Source: Minisyncoccia bacterium
GTDB lineage: Bacteria > Patescibacteriota > Minisyncoccia > Phycocordibacterales > UBA918
Length of the DNA stretch: 64,000 bases
Reading direction: 5' to 3'
Assembly: GCA_041742075.1 (NCBI GenBank)
Contig: JBGSJJ010000015.1
Span: 65,132-129,131, forward strand
The notes beneath the pieces are model-generated. The model was not told the origin of the DNA. It searched no databases and saw only the letters and a list, made by a program, of their open reading frames with translations. The translations under genes were made by a program, and so were the position numbers. Below, piece by piece: positions 27,795 through 36,878 of the stretch. How positions within the stretch are numbered: position 1 is the first letter of the stretch; each line of letters begins with the position of its first letter.

Positions 27795-28973
27795 ATGATT
27801 CTCTATTTTGATACTTTCATAACTGAAACTCCGCTTCACAAAAAAGCTCCACCTAAAGATGACGTGCGAGATAAGCACGATATCTATCGGATGCCAAGTA
27901 AAATTGAAATAGCTAAATATTCCTTAGCGAGTTATTCAATATTTTCGTGGTCAAATGTATATATCAAATACGAACTAGAAGATACTAGTCTTACTCTTGA
28001 ATTTGATAATTTTATAAAAGAACTTTTTCCTGAAGTAATTATTGAACATGAAAGAAGTGACTCACAATCTGATTACCAAAATTCTTTAGCAACGCTTAAG
28101 AAATTAAACGACCCGTGGATATTTTACTCTCCTAATAATGATCACCCGTTATTGATTAGTCAAAAAACAGATACCGAATACATCAAACGTTTGGTTGATA
28201 AAGCTGAACAATGGCGAGCTCTTTTTCCGTTTGTTTCTATTATTTATTCCCATTTTGAAGAATACATTAATGCTCCATACCCAAATAGTGCTAATCACCG
28301 CTTCTTTGGTAAAGACATGGTTCTCTTACATGAAGATGACGAGGTCATAATTTGTCTCAAAAAACACGGGGACTTTAATTCAGTTCAAATTGTACACATT
28401 GACTTGTTTTCACATTGGTTTACTTCAAGTGATTTATCCGCTTCAGTCGTTAGGCGGGCGGAAGATTTACATCAAGTGGAAGTAAAAAATCATATCCTGA
28501 TTATACCGAAAAAAAGACTATGCGCGCATTTTGATGGGTATGAGCATATGCAAGGTACCGCAAATGAAATCCTGCAGGATACAAGCCCAGTCCTTTTTAT
28601 CCCACCTGGTTTTTTTGATAAAAAAATTAAAATTGCTTATGGGTATAGTCAGCGGAAAAATGGTTACACAAATATTAATCCAGGAACAAAAAAATATAGT
28701 TTCAGAAATTCAACAACCGGGACTGATCTGAAATTAAGCTTAGCTGAAATACCTTTATTTTGGAAAGACAGAATTAAAGAAATAGATATTAACCCTCACG
28801 CAAACCATCAATTGCTGAACAAAATGGCTAGAGTACATTTTGCAAAACAAAAATATCCTTGGAGTGTTTTTAGTAGAGGACTAAATGGTAAAAATTTTAT
28901 CTTTCAAATTAAGCGGGGTCTAAGGTTTATTAGAGATGAATTTATTACAAAGCAAGGAATACTTCAGAAATAA
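27795..28973 (+). CDS. Hypothetical glycan-cluster protein (possible divergent glycosyltransferase)
   Basis: ~390-aa AT-rich ORF immediately after fcl; PNNDH and HFDGY motifs; no confident family. Confidence 0.65.
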   Translation: MILYFDTFITETPLHKKAPPKDDVRDKHDIYRMPSKIEIAKYSLASYSIFSWSNVYIKYELEDTSLTLEFDNFIKELFPEVIIEHERSDSQSDYQNSLATLKKLNDPWIFYSPNNDHPLLISQKTDTEYIKRLVDKAEQWRALFPFVSIIYSHFEEYINAPYPNSANHRFFGKDMVLLHEDDEVIICLKKHGDFNSVQIVHIDLFSHWFTSSDLSASVVRRAEDLHQVEVKNHILIIPKKRLCAHFDGYEHMQGTANEILQDTSPVLFIPPGFFDKKIKIAYGYSQRKNGYTNINPGTKKYSFRNSTTGTDLKLSLAEIPLFWKDRIKEIDINPHANHQLLNKMARVHFAKQKYPWSVFSRGLNGKNFIFQIKRGLRFIRDEFITKQGILQK

Positions 28974-29111
28974 CTTTTCTTTACTAAATTTTTTCTAAAA
29001 CACCGTATATACCCACTTAATAGAATTAAAAAGTCATTTAATTTAGAGCACATATTTAAATAATTTCAATGTGTTTTGAATTATTATTTGGGGTATTCTT
29101 TCAATTTAAGT

Positions 29112-30746
29112 ATGAAAACAAAGGGGTCCACAATAGCCGTAATCCCCGCCGCTGGTATACCTACCAACAAGCTAAACATCCACTCCAACACACCCGATAC
29201 GATGTTGCCCATAAATGGTAAGCCAGTTATTGGTCATATTCTTGATGACCTACTCGCGCGAAAAATTTATCGAGCAGTCATTGTTCTAAACGAACACGAC
29301 CTACACACAGAAAAATATGTCAATCGTAAATATTCTTCCAAACTTAAACTTTCAATTGTACGAAACGCTCTTTATGGTCGGGGTCTCGGGTACTCAATTT
29401 ATCTGGGTTGTCGAGAAATAAGCGACCTTGAATCCTACGATGGAATACTAGTTTATTTAGGAGACACAATTTACAAAGGTGACTTAGACTTTAGTAAAGA
29501 TTTCGTAATTATCAACTCAAATCTAGTGAACAGTCAAAGGTGGTGTTATGTTGAAGAATCCCCTACTGGCCTTACCTATATAAATAAACCCTCCGAATAC
29601 GTTGGCGCTGGAAACCCTTTGGCCGGAATCTATTATTTTTCAAATCCTGAAAAATTAAATAGTGTTGTGAGTAGTGTGGTAAAACGAGAAGCTATTGTTG
29701 AACTTCATTTTATCCTGAGTATATACAATCAACACTTCGCATTAAAGCAAGCTGAACAACACTATGATTGTGGCAATATTGAAAACTATTATCAGGCACG
29801 AATAGACTTTTTACGTACCCGGAGTTTTAATACACTTGAATACAACGATCTGTTTGGAACTATTACAAAATCAGGCACGAATCGAGATAAAATTGAGGAT
29901 GAAATTAACTGGTTTAAGAATGTCCCTCATGAGCTACAAATCTTTACACCCAGATTAATCGATTACACTATTAGTGAATCCAAAGTTTCATATTCTCTAG
30001 AATACTATGGGTATCAGTCTTTAGCGGACTATTTTGTTTTAAATCAATTTGATGAAAAGGTTTGGCAAGTTCTTATTGACCGTCTTTTTACTATACTTAG
30101 TCTGTTTAAAAATTACTCGACACCACTTCCGCACCGAGCGTTTTATGAAATGTATGTAGAAAAAGTAGAAGCTCGAATCAAATTACTAGAGCAAGACGCA
30201 ACCTGGAAAGAACTTCTTTCTAAAGAAACACTTACGATCAATTCGGGTACATACCTTGGCTGGCCCACATATGCTTCTAAAATTTCAAGCTTTGCTGATT
30301 ACCTCTATGATTCCTCAACAGCCAGTTTTATTCACGGAGATTTATGTTTAAGCAACATTCTGTTTGATCCTCATACGTTACTGATAAAACTAATCGATCC
30401 ACGTGGCAAGTTTGGAGACTACACTGTCTATGGCGATCATAACTACGACCTAGCCAAGTTACGACATAGCTTTGTGGGGCTGTATGATTTTATTGTGAGT
30501 GATTTATTTATACTCGATGAGCATGAGAATACATTTCAATACCAAGTACTTTGCGACAAGGACCATGTCGAAATTGGTGAATTATTTGACGCTACTTTAC
30601 AAAAAAGAGGCTATAATACCACTGCGGTTATGTTAATCGAAGCTCTTCTTTTTCTGTCTATGATTCCACTCCATAGTGAGGCCCCAGTTCGACAAAAGGC
30701 AATGTTCTTAACTGGAATTCAACTCTTAAATAAAATTGAACTATGA
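29112..30746 (+). CDS. Nucleotidyltransferase + APH/choline-kinase-like fusion (BcbE/KfoD-like)
   Basis: IPAAG...MLPINGKPVI, YLGD, HYDCG, RSFN, HGDLCLSNIL, IDPRG, YDLAKL, FLSMIPLH. Confidence 0.75.
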   Translation: MKTKGSTIAVIPAAGIPTNKLNIHSNTPDTMLPINGKPVIGHILDDLLARKIYRAVIVLNEHDLHTEKYVNRKYSSKLKLSIVRNALYGRGLGYSIYLGCREISDLESYDGILVYLGDTIYKGDLDFSKDFVIINSNLVNSQRWCYVEESPTGLTYINKPSEYVGAGNPLAGIYYFSNPEKLNSVVSSVVKREAIVELHFILSIYNQHFALKQAEQHYDCGNIENYYQARIDFLRTRSFNTLEYNDLFGTITKSGTNRDKIEDEINWFKNVPHELQIFTPRLIDYTISESKVSYSLEYYGYQSLADYFVLNQFDEKVWQVLIDRLFTILSLFKNYSTPLPHRAFYEMYVEKVEARIKLLEQDATWKELLSKETLTINSGTYLGWPTYASKISSFADYLYDSSTASFIHGDLCLSNILFDPHTLLIKLIDPRGKFGDYTVYGDHNYDLAKLRHSFVGLYDFIVSDLFILDEHENTFQYQVLCDKDHVEIGELFDATLQKRGYNTTAVMLIEALLFLSMIPLHSEAPVRQKAMFLTGIQLLNKIEL

Positions 30747-31816
30747 GAATAGTTATCGACCTTGATGGCACCATAGCGTCACTACGAAAGCATAACCAAG
30801 ACTACAGTGAGGTTACACCTTTACCCGGAGTAGTTGAGAAGTTAACTACTTTAAAGGAAGACGGTCACTACCTCATTATCTATAGTGCACGTCACATGAA
30901 GACATGTCAGGGGGACGTTACATTAGTAGAGCAGAAAATCGGCAAGAAAACGAGGGAGTGGCTTAGCACATACAAGATTCCCTACGATGAGCTTATTTTT
31001 GGTAAACCATACGGACATGTCTATATTGATGACCTGGCTATACCATTTCGTGGCTGGGAAAACATTCAATCCACTGAGCTTGATACTGATGTCATCAATG
31101 TGGTAATACCTATGGCTGGTTTAGGAAGTCGCTTTACAAAAGCTGGATTTACTACCCCAAAACCACTCATTGATGTACTTGGCCAACCAATGGTTAAGTG
31201 GGCAGTTGATTCTCTTTCTTTTTTACCTAAACAACCAGTCCAACTTATTTTTATTATTTTACGTGAGCACGAAGTACAATATGAACTTTCAAAGCAACTG
31301 CGCTTGTTGTTTGGTAGCCATATTAAAGTCATTCAAGCTGAGAAATTAACATTAGGACAGGCTGATACAGTCTACCTCGCTAAAGATTTTATAAATAATT
31401 TTAGTAAATTATTTATTTTTAACTGTGACACGTTCAGCCAAACACCGGATTTATGGGAACATATTACTGAGATTGACCCAGACTGTACCTTAGCTTGTTT
31501 TACGTCCACCGACGCACGCTATAGCTACGCAAAACAAGATTCGTACGGCTACGTTGAAGAAACAGCTGAGAAAAAGGTTATTTCTAACAACGCCTCTACT
31601 GGTCTGTATTACTTCAAACATGGCTTCTACTTTATCGATGAAGTAGAAAAAGCGCTTCAGTCATACCAACCAGACCAAGGTGAAATTTACATCGCTCCAC
31701 TGTATAATAATCTGATAAAACTGGGAAAAAAGGTGACTATTTCAGAGGCTAGTGAAAACTGGATACTTGGGACACCTGAAGAACTGGATTATTTTAAAAC
31801 CCACTACCGAAAGTAA
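30743..31816 (+). CDS. HAD phosphatase (BcbF-like) fused to a nucleotidyltransferase (BcbG/KfoE-like)
   Basis: IDLDGT, IPYDELIFGKP, YIDD; then IPMAGLGSRF, PKPLI, FNCD, LGTPEEL. Confidence 0.78.
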   Translation: MRIVIDLDGTIASLRKHNQDYSEVTPLPGVVEKLTTLKEDGHYLIIYSARHMKTCQGDVTLVEQKIGKKTREWLSTYKIPYDELIFGKPYGHVYIDDLAIPFRGWENIQSTELDTDVINVVIPMAGLGSRFTKAGFTTPKPLIDVLGQPMVKWAVDSLSFLPKQPVQLIFIILREHEVQYELSKQLRLLFGSHIKVIQAEKLTLGQADTVYLAKDFINNFSKLFIFNCDTFSQTPDLWEHITEIDPDCTLACFTSTDARYSYAKQDSYGYVEETAEKKVISNNASTGLYYFKHGFYFIDEVEKALQSYQPDQGEIYIAPLYNNLIKLGKKVTISEASENWILGTPEELDYFKTHYRK

Positions 31817-31860
31817 GAATGGGCCTAAAAGAATGTGTGCAATCTTAATAAACGAACCAT

Positions 31861-32520
31861 ATGCAATTTATATCTAAAACAAAATACAAAATAAAACTCT
31901 TATTTACAGATCCGGTGAAATTAGCTGGCATACTAAAAAATATGCTAAAAATGGCCTTTGTAAGTAAGGTTGATACTGGCCCTGAAGGGATACGGTGGAC
32001 TACTGAAATTGAAAAAAACCTCTTACAAAAATATGCTAAAAGTGCCCAGATTGGAATCGTAGAAATTGGTGTACTTGATGGAAAGACTACCAAGGAAATG
32101 GCCCTCGTTGCCAATGTGCCACTTTATGGAATCGACCCTCTGATACCAGACAGTATGAATAGAAGATTAATCGGTACGGAAGAAAAAGTTTTATCAAACT
32201 TAGCCTTTTATGAAAAATTTTATTTTATAAAAGACTTTAGCTACAACGTGGCCAAAAACTGGAGTAAACCTTTTGATTTTATCTTTATAGATGGTGACCA
32301 CACCTATGAAGCCGTAAAAAAAGATTTTGAAGACTGGTACAACCTCATCTCTCCTCAAGGATTCATTGCATTTCATGACTCTCACGCAATCACCGTTGAT
32401 GGGAAAGAAGTATTTGCCGGCTGGGCTGGTTGCGTACAATTTGTTTCAGAGTTAAAAGATGACCCTCGAGTTAACTTTGTAGAAGTGCAAGATTCGATTA
32501 CTGTTTTTCAAAAAAAATAA
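31861..32520 (+). CDS. Class I SAM methyltransferase (Methyltransf_24-like)
   Basis: VEIGVLDG, DFIFIDGDHTYEAV, GFIAFHD. Confidence 0.85.
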   Translation: MQFISKTKYKIKLLFTDPVKLAGILKNMLKMAFVSKVDTGPEGIRWTTEIEKNLLQKYAKSAQIGIVEIGVLDGKTTKEMALVANVPLYGIDPLIPDSMNRRLIGTEEKVLSNLAFYEKFYFIKDFSYNVAKNWSKPFDFIFIDGDHTYEAVKKDFEDWYNLISPQGFIAFHDSHAITVDGKEVFAGWAGCVQFVSELKDDPRVNFVEVQDSITVFQKK

Positions 32521-32526
32521 TCTATT

Positions 32527-33825
32527 GTGCCGAAATCTCTTCTCCGAAAACTAGCGACCAGAAACAATTTTTCGCGAGACGGAATCATTCGCTACGCGCA
32601 GAATACTGGGTGGGTCTTTTTTGGCAAGTTTAGCAACCTCGCGATTAGTTTTTTTGCCACCTTATACATCGCTCGCTCACTTGGTCCCGGCAACTACGGT
32701 GAACTGAGCTATGCGCTTAGTTTCATTGGTCTCTTTTCGTTCATCTCTTCTTTAGGAATTGATTCGGTGCTCTACCGAGAAATCATAAAATACCCCGAGC
32801 AAAAAAATGCTCTCCTTGGTACCGCATTTCGCATTAAACTCATCGCTGGGAGCATCACCGCTGTTCTTACTATTGCTACCGCCTTGTTTCTCTCTCCACC
32901 AGACGTTTCATTTCTTATTATTGTTATTCTATCGAGTACCTTTATCGTCCATACGTTTTCAATCATTTCGTATGAATTTGGCGCCGCGGTAAACAATAAA
33001 CCTGTTTCCATACTGTCTTTTTTTGTTACAGCTCTAGTAAATGTACTGAAGATTATTGTCATCTTCTTCGGTAACGGCGTCCTCTACCTAGCACTCATCA
33101 TTGTCGCTGAAACTCTCTTTTATGCGCTTGGGTATATCTATATTCGCTTCCGTGCGTTTGGTAGCGTCTTTAATTGGACCTATAACCACACTACCGCCAA
33201 GAGACTCCTCCTTGATTCTTGGCCATTTATTTTTACCAGCGCTTTTTCTGTTATTTATACTCGCATTGATCAGGTATTGCTCAAAAACATGATTGACGCC
33301 ACAACTGTCGGTGTTTACGACGCGGCGGTGCGTTTAAGTGAACTCTGGCACTTCTTTCCAGCCGTACTGGTCGGAACGCTCTTCCCGGCGATTATTAATG
33401 CCAAAAAGTCAGCTCACGCTCAGTACAGACAGCGCATTGTGTCTCTTATAATACTTCTACTATCGCTCTCGGTCTTTGTCGCGATTGCAGTGACGTTCTT
33501 AGCCAAACCAATTGTGCTCCTGGTATATGGTGCTGAGTTTGCTCCCGCAATTCCTATCTTACAAATCTACATCTGGGCCTTTGTGCCCGCCACCCTTGGC
33601 GTGATAGCTCAGCACTATCTCTTAGCTGAAAACGCGCGTGTCGCACTTTTCCTCATGACCCTAGTTGGGATGGTAGTCAATGTAGTTGGTAACCTCGTCC
33701 TTATTCCTGAATATGGTGCAATCGGGGCCGCTGTTGCTACCTTAATCTCGAGTACGAGTATCATTATGGTCGTCATACTCATCTATTTTTTAAAGCGCTT
33801 TACTCGTATACTACGTACACGTTAA
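32527..33825 (+). CDS. wzx: Wzx-type polysaccharide flippase
   Basis: ARSLGPGNYG, IYTRIDQVLL, VGVYDAA, LIPEYGAIGAAVAT; about 12 TM helices. Confidence 0.88.
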   Translation: MPKSLLRKLATRNNFSRDGIIRYAQNTGWVFFGKFSNLAISFFATLYIARSLGPGNYGELSYALSFIGLFSFISSLGIDSVLYREIIKYPEQKNALLGTAFRIKLIAGSITAVLTIATALFLSPPDVSFLIIVILSSTFIVHTFSIISYEFGAAVNNKPVSILSFFVTALVNVLKIIVIFFGNGVLYLALIIVAETLFYALGYIYIRFRAFGSVFNWTYNHTTAKRLLLDSWPFIFTSAFSVIYTRIDQVLLKNMIDATTVGVYDAAVRLSELWHFFPAVLVGTLFPAIINAKKSAHAQYRQRIVSLIILLLSLSVFVAIAVTFLAKPIVLLVYGAEFAPAIPILQIYIWAFVPATLGVIAQHYLLAENARVALFLMTLVGMVVNVVGNLVLIPEYGAIGAAVATLISSTSIIMVVILIYFLKRFTRILRTR

Positions 33826-33829
33826 ATCT

Positions 33830-34693
33830 ATGAAATCAAAAGCCCTCATCACCGCCTGTTCAAACAAATTCTTTCCGTCGGTTATAAACCTCCTGACCTC
33901 AATTAAGGTTAATTACCCGGACCACCCAGTCATTTACGTCTATGACTTAGGTCTTTTCTACACCTTTAGGAAAGAGCTGGAGATGATTGATGGTGTAACC
34001 GTACTTCCCATGCCTCATTTTTGCTCTCACTGGAGATCTTGTTACACCTGGAAAACATATATTTTTGCGCACCCCATCGCTGACCTCAACTTCTATCTCG
34101 ATGCAGGCTGTCACGTACTGAAACCCCTTGATGCCGATTTTGCTATCATTGAAAAAGACGACGTACTCTTGATTGACCAAGAGCAAACCTTTGCAGACAT
34201 CGTGCCAAAAAGTTACAAAGAGATGTTTGCTATAGGAGACGAGTTTGACACACTGACCATCATGCACGCCGGTATCATTGGTTTCAGCAACAGCGAAGAA
34301 GCCGGTCAGATTTTTGCAAAAATCTATTCCGCTGGTATTGCTGGTCTAGCGCTTGGGTTTTCTCCAGGTGATAGTTGGCGAAATAAAGGCCCCGATAAAT
34401 CTGTATTTGTGCGTGATTGTCGCCTATTCCGGCACGACTTAACCTTAGTAAATATCTTTTTCAGAAAGTACTGGCCTCATATAAGCATTCAGTCCCTAGA
34501 GACCTACCACGGCGGGCTACTCAACTCACCCACCCAGCGTATATGGCACCTTCGGCTCAATTGGAAACGGTTGCCATACATGTCAATTAAGAAAATTCAT
34601 CCCAAAGTAAGCTTTTTCCCTTTTATAAATCGTATAATTATTGTAAAAATGGTTTATTTAAGAAAGATATTTCATTACCTGAAAGGTATTTAA
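33830..34693 (+). CDS. DUF1647-like putative GT-A glycosyltransferase
   Basis: LITACSNKFF, YVYDLGL, YTWK, YLDAG, RHD. Confidence 0.6.
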   Translation: MKSKALITACSNKFFPSVINLLTSIKVNYPDHPVIYVYDLGLFYTFRKELEMIDGVTVLPMPHFCSHWRSCYTWKTYIFAHPIADLNFYLDAGCHVLKPLDADFAIIEKDDVLLIDQEQTFADIVPKSYKEMFAIGDEFDTLTIMHAGIIGFSNSEEAGQIFAKIYSAGIAGLALGFSPGDSWRNKGPDKSVFVRDCRLFRHDLTLVNIFFRKYWPHISIQSLETYHGGLLNSPTQRIWHLRLNWKRLPYMSIKKIHPKVSFFPFINRIIIVKMVYLRKIFHYLKGI

Positions 34694-34707
34694 ACTTAAT
34701 TTTCAAA

Positions 34708-35661
34708 CTATTTTTCAATTAATTTCGATAGCTCTAAACAAATTCCCTCAACTGACGTGTACTCTGGAGTATACCCAACACTCTCTGCTTGATAGTTTTT
34801 TGAATAATAGATATTTTTCGAAAATTTATTGCCACCTCGAATTGGGTCAGATGAAATTTCATATCGTAAATCAAACTTTTCTTGAAGCTCATTAAGCAAA
34901 TCGAGCTTGGCTACCGGAGCCTTGCTGTAAACATCTAAGGCCGTGTTGCTTGGTGACCGCATAACACATTGAATGAGTTGATGGAGGTCAGTAGGCGAAA
35001 TATAGTCCCGAATGATATCGGTGTCGTTGGTTTTAAATACCTTATTGGAAATAAGGCAATCAGCAATCTCTGACATCAAAAATTCAGCTTCCGTATCGAC
35101 AAACTTACTAAAAAACGCAAATACGCGCAAATCGATGATGGTATAGTTTGCTAGTGCACGATGTCTCGCTTCAGCATGTAACTTAGCAATCGAGTAGTAC
35201 TCCGATACCTTGAACTCATTAACAGAGAAGGTGGCTTTGGTTTCTTCTGTTATAGGGGCACTAAAATTATCTCCATACACCGCCCCACTACTCAGGTTGA
35301 TGTACACTGCTTCGGGATTTTTTCTTAAGTAAGAAAGAATGAGTGTGTCAACAGATTCAGTAAGGGTAAAAATACTTGCCGGCTCGTCACCCAATACTTT
35401 TGTATTTCCGATTCCTGTCGCGTTAATGATCACATCAAAGCTCCCGTATTGAAACTCTGATATGTCGCAAAGTCTAATTAAACGCCCTTTTTCAATATCT
35501 TTAAAATCTAAAATAGTTTTCTCTAATTTTGAAATGTCTCGCGAATAAAGGTAGAGCTCAGTGTCAGAGTTATTTACTAAAAACTCTGCGAGTAGTGATT
35601 TCCCGATATAGCCGGTCGCTCCCAAAAGCGCCAGTTTTCTAACATTAAGATTACTTGTCAT
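34708..35661 (-). CDS. NAD-dependent epimerase/reductase (YerF candidate)
   Basis: LGATGYIG, LSSGAVYG, YSIAK, IRDYI. Confidence 0.8.
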   Translation of the reverse strand: MTSNLNVRKLALLGATGYIGKSLLAEFLVNNSDTELYLYSRDISKLEKTILDFKDIEKGRLIRLCDISEFQYGSFDVIINATGIGNTKVLGDEPASIFTLTESVDTLILSYLRKNPEAVYINLSSGAVYGDNFSAPITEETKATFSVNEFKVSEYYSIAKLHAEARHRALANYTIIDLRVFAFFSKFVDTEAEFLMSEIADCLISNKVFKTNDTDIIRDYISPTDLHQLIQCVMRSPSNTALDVYSKAPVAKLDLLNELQEKFDLRYEISSDPIRGGNKFSKNIYYSKNYQAESVGYTPEYTSVEGICLELSKLIEK

Positions 35662-36286
35662 TCGATTGTATGAATTTTAGTACATCCTGAAACTTGTTTG
35701 CTGTTACAGAAGGTTGTGCATTAGCTAATACTTTTGGAGTATGAAAACCCCAAGTTACAGCGATGGTGACAACACTAGGTACCCTGCTGGCTTCCAGCAA
35801 ATCCCCAACTGTATCGGTAACAAAAAACACTCTATCTATATTAGGTGACGTAACAGCTTTCTCCAAAAAATAACTTTTTTGCTTTTTACTGTGTCCTATT
35901 ATTTTAGTAAAAAAATTCTGGAGCTGGTTAGCCTTGAGAATTTTTTTAATATGAATTTCAGGCGCTGTACTCAGTATCCATAACTCCCCTTGTCTACTTA
36001 TACTCTCAAGTAAAGAGGTGGCTTCTGGAAAAAGTTTAACCCTATCTGCATTATAGAAGTCTGCAAAAATTTTATGTTTTAATTTTATAAAATTCTCCAG
36101 TTCTGTTTCACTTAAGTTAAAAATTGCGCCAAGATTTTTATTTAAAGGGCCATAAAATGCTTTTCTGTATTGTGATTTTGAAAGATGATACCCCATTGCC
36201 AAACCAGCAGACATGTTGATTTGATACAGATTATCAAATGAATCTGCTAAAACTCCATCAAAATCAAAAACAATTATCTGCTTCAA
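35651..36286 (-). CDS. HAD family hydrolase
   Basis: FDFDGVLADS, FVTDTVGD, AVTWGF; TTG start. Confidence 0.85.
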   Translation of the reverse strand: MKQIIVFDFDGVLADSFDNLYQINMSAGLAMGYHLSKSQYRKAFYGPLNKNLGAIFNLSETELENFIKLKHKIFADFYNADRVKLFPEATSLLESISRQGELWILSTAPEIHIKKILKANQLQNFFTKIIGHSKKQKSYFLEKAVTSPNIDRVFFVTDTVGDLLEASRVPSVVTIAVTWGFHTPKVLANAQPSVTANKFQDVLKFIQSNDK

Positions 36287-36296
36287 ATTTGTAAAA

Positions 36297-36839
36297 TTAA
36301 AAACGAGCTATTAAAGCTTTCATGAATACTCCAATATCTCTTGGGTGACGTGAAGTAATAATGTTACCATCTTCGACTACTGGTTCATCAATATATGTTG
36401 CTCCCGAATTAACGATATCGTCCTTAATACCCACATAGCCAGTTGCCTTTTTCCCTTTCAATAGTCCAGCAGAAATTAAGACCCACGGCCCATGACAAAA
36501 AGCGGCTACTAATTTATTTTCGTTTGCCATCGCATTTACGAATTCAAGAACTTCAGGTATCTGACGGACTCGATCTGGAGCTTCAAAGCCTCCCGGAATA
36601 AGGACCATGTCATAGTCTGAAGTACTCAATTTTTTGGCATCTACTAATTTCCCATAGTATCTAACCATCAACTCCAAAGGGAAATTTAATCGTCCTACTA
36701 CAAGCTTTGCATCTTTCGTGGCAATATCAACTTCAAAACCTTCTTCATGAAGCCTCATTATTGGATACATAACCTCTTCATCCTCAAACGCCTCAGCAGT
36801 GATAATGACAACTCGGTTTGTTTCTCTATTTATTTTCAT
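36297..36839 (-). CDS. PfpI/DJ-1 family protein
   Basis: FEDEE, IPGG..APD, FCHGPWVL, ITSRHP. Confidence 0.9.
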   Translation of the reverse strand: MKINRETNRVVIITAEAFEDEEVMYPIMRLHEEGFEVDIATKDAKLVVGRLNFPLELMVRYYGKLVDAKKLSTSDYDMVLIPGGFEAPDRVRQIPEVLEFVNAMANENKLVAAFCHGPWVLISAGLLKGKKATGYVGIKDDIVNSGATYIDEPVVEDGNIITSRHPRDIGVFMKALIARF

Positions 36840-36878
36840 ACTTTGTGAGTTATTGGCCTTTAAATTTTGATATTATAA

